From NCBI GenBank assembly GCA_027334715.1, contig DAHWUG010000003.1, forward strand, positions 9,485 to 73,484: a stretch of 64,000 nt of DNA, given 5' to 3'. The notes under the pieces are model-generated. The model searched no databases, was not told where the DNA came from, and saw only the letters and a list, made by a program, of their open reading frames with translations. This DNA is from Nanobdellota archaeon. GTDB lineage: Archaea > Nanobdellota > Nanobdellia > Pacearchaeales > GW2011-AR1. A program made the position numbers and the translations under genes. Below are positions 57,381-64,000 of this stretch, piece after piece. Every line of letters starts with the position of its first letter. Position 1 is the stretch's first letter.

Positions 57381-57420
57381 TTTGAAAAAGATTTATAACT
57401 AATATTTGTTTTTTATGAAA

Positions 57421-58086
57421 ATGGACTGGGCATTTTTAAGTACACTGCGGCCAACTAACAATAGTGTGGTAATGTCTGCTTTTAATAGCACGGCAAATCC
57501 TGCTACTTTGCTTAATTTTCTTCAGGCTAATGGATACCTCATAATGCTTATTTTAATTATTATTGAGGGCCCAATTGTAACTTACGTTGCTGCTTTTGCG
57601 GCGTCGCTTGGAATTTTTAATGTGTATTATGTTCTAATTATCTCTTTTGTCGGAAACATTGCAAGCGACTTAATTGTTTTTTATATAGGAAGGTTTGGTA
57701 AAAAATTTGTCATTGATAAGTATGTCTCACACTGGCTTAAAGAAAAAAGAATAAGGAAAATAAGGAAATATCTCCATGAAAATCCAGGGAAAACAATCGC
57801 TGCAGTAAAACTAACGCCGCCTCTTCCTGTGCCGGGCATACTTCTTATAGGAGCTTCAGAAATTCCCACAAAAACTTTCCTGATTTACTCGGCAATTGTC
57901 ACATTCATTTATTCTTTGGTCATGACAGCGCTTGGATTTTACTCCGGAATTTACTTTGGCGCAATGCTAAAGTATGTAAAAGATATCACTTACCTCATAG
58001 GCGGATTTGTTTTGCTTGTAATTGTTATTTATGTTTTGCTAAGAGATGCATCAAGAGCTGTTGGAAAGAGGATAGAGAAGATTTGA
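57421..58086 (+). CDS. DedA/VTT-domain membrane protein
   Basis: IIEGPIV, GNIASDLIVFYIGR, KLTP; start uncertain. Confidence 0.85.
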   Translation: MDWAFLSTLRPTNNSVVMSAFNSTANPATLLNFLQANGYLIMLILIIIEGPIVTYVAAFAASLGIFNVYYVLIISFVGNIASDLIVFYIGRFGKKFVIDKYVSHWLKEKRIRKIRKYLHENPGKTIAAVKLTPPLPVPGILLIGASEIPTKTFLIYSAIVTFIYSLVMTALGFYSGIYFGAMLKYVKDITYLIGGFVLLVIVIYVLLRDASRAVGKRIEKI

Positions 58087-58091
58087 TTTCA

Positions 58092-59267
58092 TTAAATCTT
58101 AGATAATTTTTTTTCTTTTATTAAATAAGATAATTCCTTTTCCCATTGATCAATTACTTTTTTCATCTCATGTTTTTTAACTTCTTTTAAAGTATTTTTT
58201 TTCATTTTCTGATACAATTTTTTATTTGTTAGTAGTTTTATTACTTTCTCTGCAAATTCTTTTTTGTTTCCATCCATAATCAAAAAACCATTGTAATTAT
58301 TTTCTATCAAATCATTTGTTCCAGGAGCATCGGTTCCAACGCAAACTAAACCGTTAACCTGGGATTCCAAAGTTGTAATTCCCTGCGTTTCTGTAAGAGA
58401 AGAAGTCATGAACAAATTGCATGCCCCGAAAATTCCGGATTTTACAAGTCTATCATGCTCAATCCGGCCTAAAAGGATAATCTTGTCTTCCAAATCAAGT
58501 TTTCTTATCTTATTTTTCACTTCCTTCATTTGAGGACCATCACCAACAAATAACAGCTTAGTTGAAGGAATTTCTTCATTTATTATCCTAAAAATCTCAA
58601 GCAAGCATAAAATATTTTTTTCTACAGAAACCCTTCCCACAAATAAAATTAGATTTCCATAGTGATTATATTTTTTTCTTAATCTTTTTGATTTGCTATT
58701 ATCAAATTCTTTTTTGTCTATTCCGTTGGAAATAAATATATTTCTTTTGGACTTTATGCCTTCTTTAATCATTTTTTTTAGTATGCTTTCAGACGGACAA
58801 GTGATTAAGTCACATCTTTTATAGTAAAAACGGGTGTATTCCTGAAGGGCTTTTTCCATGCTTTTTGAGTTTAGGTGTAAAGATGCCTTTAAATTTTCCA
58901 CAGATGTATGAAATGTGCCCACTAAAGGAATATCAAGTTTTTTTGCAGTAAGGATGTCCATTAATCCAATAGATAATGGTGTGGAAAACTGTATTACCTC
59001 AACTCATTCGTTCCCAAGGTATTTTGTTATTTTTGGGCTGTAGAAACCTGTAAGTCTAAACCCTGGATACAAAAATGCAGGTACAGAGGGTACTCTCAAA
59101 ACTTTTATATTTTTATATTTGAATTCTTTCTTGTCCTTGTTTTTAGAAGAAATAATATAAATCTTATGTCCTCTGTCTGCAAGCCCTTTAGCAAGATTTA
59201 CTGTTGAAACAACAACACCACTGATCATTTTTGGAGAAAAAACATCTGTAAAAAGTGCCACTTTCAT
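58092..59267 (-). pseudogene. GT4-family glycosyltransferase interrupted by one in-frame TGA
   Basis: MKVALFTD...YLGNE*VEVIQFSTPLSIGLMDIL...; FVGRVSVEKN, ETQGITTLES; stop at 59004-59006. Confidence 0.85.
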
Positions 59268-59375
59268 AACAATTTAAAATAAATATTCCTTTTAATAGTT
59301 GCTAAAAAATATTTATCATAGCCATTAAATAACGATTTTTCTATAATAAATCTCTTGTGATTTCTTAAAAAAAGA

Positions 59376-59514
59376 CGCCCCCGCCAGGAATCGAACCTGG
59401 AGGCCCTTGCGGGCCCGGTTTGCTTGCTTCTTTCCTTTTTAAAAGAAGATGGTGCGGAAGAACATTGGTTCTTCTGGACTCAAGACCGGTGCAATACCAT
59501 TATGCGACGGAGGC
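59376..59514 (-). tRNA. tRNA-Ser(TGA) with 58-nt intron at 37/38
   Basis: GCCTCCG/CGGGGGC acceptor stem, G73, long variable arm GCCC-GCAA-GGGC; intron 59421-59478. Confidence 0.9.
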
Positions 59515-59672
59515 TTATATTAATGAGAAACTGCTGTATTTTAAAAGCTTATGCTGATTATGCCAAAAAAGAATTTGTTAAGACTGAAGGTCAATAATTT
59601 ATAATAATTTTAAGTGCAACAGATATAAATTTTATGCTGCTTTATTCTAAAAATATCCTTATTCCAGTATTA

Positions 59673-59945
59673 TTACAAACCAAAAAATTTCTTAAACCAT
59701 GATTTCTTTACTTCAACTGGCTGGTCATTCTCCCCAATGATTTCATGAGTAATCATTGGCTTTTCGCTTAGAACAGGAGCTTCCTTGGATAGCTCAAGGT
59801 TCGCATCTTTTATTGCCAGATCAACAAGAGTCCTTGAATACCCCTGATCAACAAGAGCCCATTTCAATGACTCCAAAGTATACCCCTTTTTCAGGTTTTT
59901 TTTGACATAATCTATTATTTTCTTTTTGTATTCTGAATCTCTCAT
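59673..59945 (-). CDS. conserved hypothetical protein
   Basis: YVKKNLKKGYTLESLKWALVDQGYS; C-terminal KKSWFKKFFG amphipathic helix. Confidence 0.75.
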   Translation of the reverse strand: MRDSEYKKKIIDYVKKNLKKGYTLESLKWALVDQGYSRTLVDLAIKDANLELSKEAPVLSEKPMITHEIIGENDQPVEVKKSWFKKFFGL

Positions 59946-60034
59946 TTGATACTCCTGTATCGGATGACTGAAATTTCATGCCTCATCTTCATAAAAAAGA
60001 CAATATTTTGTAGTTTAAAAATATAATTGTTGTT

Positions 60035-61525
60035 TTATCCTATTTTTATAGGATTGTTGGCCTTAAAGAAATTCAAGGATTCATTTATTCTTAGCTTGGT
60101 TTCAGCATAAATTGTAATGATTTTGTCTCCTTTTTTCACAGTTTCTCCAACATGATGGTAAATGTAAATGCCTGCCGGTTTGTCCATGGGTGAGCCTGCA
60201 ATTCTTGCAAGAGAATTTATCTTTTCATTGTCTATTTCTCTTATTCTTCCTGTTTTTTTGCAGAAAATATCTTTTTTCAACTTTGCATATCTTATTTTTC
60301 TCAAACTTCCTTGCTGAGCTTTCACAATTTCCTTGAATTTCTCAAATGCCTCTCCAGAATAGAGGATTTTTTCTGCTAATTCAGTTCCTTTACCTTGTCT
60401 TGCTTTTCCTGTCATCTCAAGAATATTCCCTGCGATAAAAAGGGATTTTTTTTCAAGGTCAAGTGGGCTTTGCTTACGCTTTTTTGGGTCTAAAACATTA
60501 AGTATTTCCATCAATTCCAGATTAGGACCAACGCCATGCCCTATTGGCTGGCTTCCGTCGGTTATTACACATCTCAATTTTTTATGAAATAATTTTCCAA
60601 GAAAGTCAAAGTCTCTTTTGAGGTCTTCTGCTTTTTTTCTGGTAGAAACTTTAACGTGTTTTCCATAAGGTATATCAATTAGGATGTATTTGCTTCCGAC
60701 TGCAAGTTTTTTTGAAAGTATAGATGCAAGGAGCTGGGATTTTGGGTCTATGCTAAGTTCTTTTTCAACATTTATTATCTTTGAATCGGCCGGAACAAGC
60801 CCCATACCCCCTCCAAAAATTATGAAAGCGTTTGTTTTTTTGATTATTTTTTTTAATTCCTGAACTGAAAAATCAACTTTCGCAACTGCTTCCATTACAT
60901 CTGCTGTACCTGCCGCACTTGTTATTGCACGTGAAGATGTTTTGGGAAATGTCAGGCCTGCTACGGCACATATTGAAACAACAATAGGTGTTGTTCTGTT
61001 ACCTGCAACTCCACCTATGGAATGCTTGTCCACAATCAGTTTGTTCTTTAATGATAGACGATTTCCTGTTTTTACCATTGCATTTATCATATAAACGGTC
61101 TCCTTCATGCTTATTCCAACTCTGTACATTGCAGCAACAAAAAGCGCAATTTCTGCTTCGGAAAGGCGGTCATTTACAATGTCGGATATTATCTGAGAGA
61201 CTTCATTTTTTGACAATTCTTTATTTCCCAACTTTTTCTTTATTAGTTCAACACTTTTGGGCACGGGCGCAAGATTAACATCTACTTTCTGGTGATTTTT
61301 AAGGTTTAATTTAGAAACAATTTCATCAGAAACAAGAATCTCATTATTCCTCATTTCATCTTCAATTATATCTAGAACAACAGTCATCTCCTGTGAGTGT
61401 TTTGAAAGAGTCTTGATAAAGATAGTTTCTTTTGCCTGTAATCCAAATTTCATCGCTGTTTCCTTGTTAAGCATTGCAACAGGAAATCCGGATGACCATT
61501 TCTTAATTTTCGCATTTAATATCAT
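60035..61525 (-). CDS. AMP phosphorylase (thymidine phosphorylase family)
   Basis: N-terminal extension; DKHSIGGVAGNRTT, PKTSSRAITSAAGTAD, SILSKK, DGSQPIG. Confidence 0.93.
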   Translation of the reverse strand: MILNAKIKKWSSGFPVAMLNKETAMKFGLQAKETIFIKTLSKHSQEMTVVLDIIEDEMRNNEILVSDEIVSKLNLKNHQKVDVNLAPVPKSVELIKKKLGNKELSKNEVSQIISDIVNDRLSEAEIALFVAAMYRVGISMKETVYMINAMVKTGNRLSLKNKLIVDKHSIGGVAGNRTTPIVVSICAVAGLTFPKTSSRAITSAAGTADVMEAVAKVDFSVQELKKIIKKTNAFIIFGGGMGLVPADSKIINVEKELSIDPKSQLLASILSKKLAVGSKYILIDIPYGKHVKVSTRKKAEDLKRDFDFLGKLFHKKLRCVITDGSQPIGHGVGPNLELMEILNVLDPKKRKQSPLDLEKKSLFIAGNILEMTGKARQGKGTELAEKILYSGEAFEKFKEIVKAQQGSLRKIRYAKLKKDIFCKKTGRIREIDNEKINSLARIAGSPMDKPAGIYIYHHVGETVKKGDKIITIYAETKLRINESLNFFKANNPIKIG

Positions 61526-61605
61526 TTCAACAATTTCCTCTTTTTTAAAATATTTTACAGATATAATTGGAAAAATCTATTTTTATATTTATATCTTATG
61601 AAAGG

Positions 61606-62664
61606 TTAATCATTTGTTTTTTTTGGCGGTTCCTGAATTATCAGACTGGGCGATGGCTTTTTCCTGTATAATTCCAGGATTATCAGAAGGTAAGCCACAA
61701 TAAGTGGACCCAAAATAAATCCAAGAATTCCAAAGAAGAACACTCCACCAATCATGGAAATAAGGACCACGGCAGAATGCATCTTTGTCATCCTTGAAAC
61801 AAATATTGGCCTCAAGATGTTCTCAACAATTGATGAGATTAACCCAAATATTATAATTCCCCATGCAGCTGTCGTGTTTCCTGCAATAAACATGTATATT
61901 GCAACAGGAATCCACACTACGGGAGTTCCGACAATAGGAAGTATTCCTGCAACAACCCCTAAAATAGTAAGGAACAATGCATTGGGAATGGAAAAGATAA
62001 AGAATCCAATTCCTGCAATAAGTCCCTGAATTATTCCTATAAAGATATGGCTGTATATGACTGATTTAGTTATTTCAGAGGAATTTTCAAATAATTTTTT
62101 CTCAACTTCTTTTGGAAATGGTAAAAGGCTTTTGAGATAATCCATGACCTCATCCTTATCCCTGAGAACAAAAAAGAATGTAAAGAGGGCGACCACAAGC
62201 TGAAGGATTATTGTTGGAAAATTAATAAGCATGTTTGTCAGTGAGCTTGTTATTGTATTTGTAGCATTAAGAATGAAAGAAGATAATGCTGAACTGACTT
62301 GGTTTAAAAACTGGGTAGATGTAAATAATTTTGGGAAAAAACCCTTAAGCAAAGCAGAAAAGTCTATTTGAAGAGCTGCCTGGAATATCTTGAAAGACTG
62401 ATCAATAAGAAGAGGGGTTAAAAACCAGATTGCCAGAAAAATAGCTATGAAAACTATAACCATAATCAGCCAAGCACTCAGGTTTTTTGACTTTGTTCTT
62501 TTGTAAACCCAGTCATAAACAGGGGCAAAAATAAAGGCAAGGAGCAAACCTGAAAAAATAGATAAAATAATAGGCCTCAAAAGGAAAAAGGTCAGGGCTA
62601 TTAATGCAAGAAAAATGATAAGACCCATTGTTTTTTCAAAGTATTCTTCGTCTATTTTAACCAT
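61606..62664 (-). CDS. AI-2E family transporter
   Basis: multi-TM; QGLIAG, ENILRP, GFILGPLI. Confidence 0.92.
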   Translation of the reverse strand: MVKIDEEYFEKTMGLIIFLALIALTFFLLRPIILSIFSGLLLAFIFAPVYDWVYKRTKSKNLSAWLIMVIVFIAIFLAIWFLTPLLIDQSFKIFQAALQIDFSALLKGFFPKLFTSTQFLNQVSSALSSFILNATNTITSSLTNMLINFPTIILQLVVALFTFFFVLRDKDEVMDYLKSLLPFPKEVEKKLFENSSEITKSVIYSHIFIGIIQGLIAGIGFFIFSIPNALFLTILGVVAGILPIVGTPVVWIPVAIYMFIAGNTTAAWGIIIFGLISSIVENILRPIFVSRMTKMHSAVVLISMIGGVFFFGILGFILGPLIVAYLLIILELYRKKPSPSLIIQEPPKKTND

Positions 62665-62716
62665 TAATTAGTGAATGGTAGTTAAAATTTATAAAGGTTT
62701 GTGAATAAAAATTTTT

Positions 62717-63379
62717 ATGAACTTCATAAAAAAAATATTTTCAGGGAAGGCAGATGAGTCTGTTCATAAGCAGTTTGTGAGGTTTGGAAAAGGTGAATAT
62801 AGAAAAAGGGCTCTTTTGAGCATCTGGAAAACAAAGAGTATAAAAGTAAAAAGCAGCTTTGAATTTGCAAATGACTTTGTCAACTTTGTTTCAGAGCTTG
62901 GAGATGCATCATTCAAGGGGAACATCTGGAGCAAAGGTGAACTTACCGGGCTGTCAGGAAAGAAAAAAGAGGGTAAAATAGTTTATGAAGCAGACAAACT
63001 GACGGGCAAACAAATAAGAGAGATAGCTCCAAAAGTTTATTACTTTCTTTTGAATGCAGATGGGCCCGGAATCAAACTAAGGATAAAGGCAAAGCTCCCA
63101 AAACCAGGAAAAGGAGAGAACAAAATAGATGATAAATTCTGCCAGCTAGAGCTTGATGAAAAGTATTACAGCAAAGTAAAGGACGATTTCTTCTGGGATT
63201 TTCCTGATTTAAAAAAGGGGAACATTGAACACACATTCATAATAAAGGAAATCATACTTCCAAAAGGAGAAACTGACTATGCCAAAATCAGAGAGCTTGC
63301 AAAGAGGAAGGGAAAGATTGTAAGAATTGCAAATATTGACGGGAAAGAGGTTAAAAAAGAAGTTGAATTTGAAGCTTAA
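62717..63379 (+). CDS. conserved hypothetical protein
   Basis: VHKQFVRFGKG, LPKPGK, RELAKRKGKIVR. Confidence 0.8.
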   Translation: MNFIKKIFSGKADESVHKQFVRFGKGEYRKRALLSIWKTKSIKVKSSFEFANDFVNFVSELGDASFKGNIWSKGELTGLSGKKKEGKIVYEADKLTGKQIREIAPKVYYFLLNADGPGIKLRIKAKLPKPGKGENKIDDKFCQLELDEKYYSKVKDDFFWDFPDLKKGNIEHTFIIKEIILPKGETDYAKIRELAKRKGKIVRIANIDGKEVKKEVEFEA

Positions 63380-63703
63380 CACGTACCTATTCCCTATTTC
63401 ACTTTTTTTAAGCAGTGCTAGTTTTTTAAGGCTACTAAGCGCTTCTTTTTCATTATCTGTCGGGGAGACATCTTGAGAGGTAGGTAAATAGCCTAATTGT
63501 GAGTAAGAAACAGATAGTTCATAATCAGGGGGCTTACAAAAATTTCAGGATAATTCATTTCATATTCTCTTTGAAGTCTTGAAGTTCTAAAAATGTTCAT
63601 TATACATTGAGCTTAAATTAATTAATTGGTATTATTATAAATCAGACGCTGAGTCTGTTCCACTACTCTGGTGCATTAGAGGTTGGTAATCTAAATAAAA
63701 AAA

Positions 63704-64000
63704 TTATTCTTCAACTTTCCCATCTAAAAGTTCTTGGACAGTTCTAAGAATTATATGTATATCTTTTTCATTTTTTATCCTTGCTACTTCTTCAACTGCA
63801 CCTTTTCCAAAAGAGAAAGCAACAATATACCCTTTTTTCTTTTTTGCTCTATCCATAGCAGTTTCAAAATTATCAATGACATTACGACCTATATCCGTGC
63901 TTTGCTTAACTTGAATAGGAAAACCACCAGTTATTTGTGGAGTCATACCATCAATACCAAAATCCCCTGATTTTGTTCTGCTAACACTTCCCAAAAATTT
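63704..64000 (-). CDS. C-terminal Mrr-like restriction endonuclease domain (gene runs off the window)
   Basis: GDFGIDG, IQVKQS, IDNFETA, GYIVAFSF. Confidence 0.75.
   Translation of the reverse strand, partial: KFLGSVSRTKSGDFGIDGMTPQITGGFPIQVKQSTDIGRNVIDNFETAMDRAKKKKGYIVAFSFGKGAVEEVARIKNEKDIHIILRTVQELLDGKVEE

Noticed and set aside
59004-59006. TGA recoding (alternative genetic code or selenocysteine)
   Set aside because: TGA terminates many intact genes in the window, the position is not a Cys site, and no Sec machinery is visible
63380-63700. Possible mobile-element end or small gene before the Mrr-like ORF
   Set aside because: Only a weak hairpin and short ORFs; any partner end would lie outside the window

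Overview
AT-rich archaeal chromosome segment, most likely from a DPANN lineage and probably Pacearchaeota. The assignment rests on a fused PriS-PriL primase, form III-type RuBisCO plus AMP phosphorylase, a pacearchaeosortase-like gene, class II LysRS and archaeal r-proteins, all judged from motifs alone. The window holds many housekeeping genes (translation, repair, PCNA, FtsZ/SepF, Spt5, SecE), a compact RNase P RNA and four tRNAs (Phe, Pro, Thr, and Ser with a 58-nt intron). Mobile DNA: an IS200-type tnpA element, and a 2.8-kb IS6-like cargo transposon with terminal inverted repeats and a 9-bp target duplication, carrying a decayed restriction-modification pair. The most striking region is about 17.2-41 kb. 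There, ComEA, several class III signal-peptide (pilin-like) proteins, large Cys-rich secreted proteins (defensin-spaced repeats, one with an internal Gly/Ala hydrophobic segment), two S-layer-like proteins and a sortase-like enzyme surround primase and PCNA. I infer a possible uncharacterised host-contact or DNA-uptake surface apparatus. Structured leaders precede the L1, S19e and S-layer genes; the L1 leader looks like a permuted mimic of the 23S L1-binding site. No database searches or folding programs were run.
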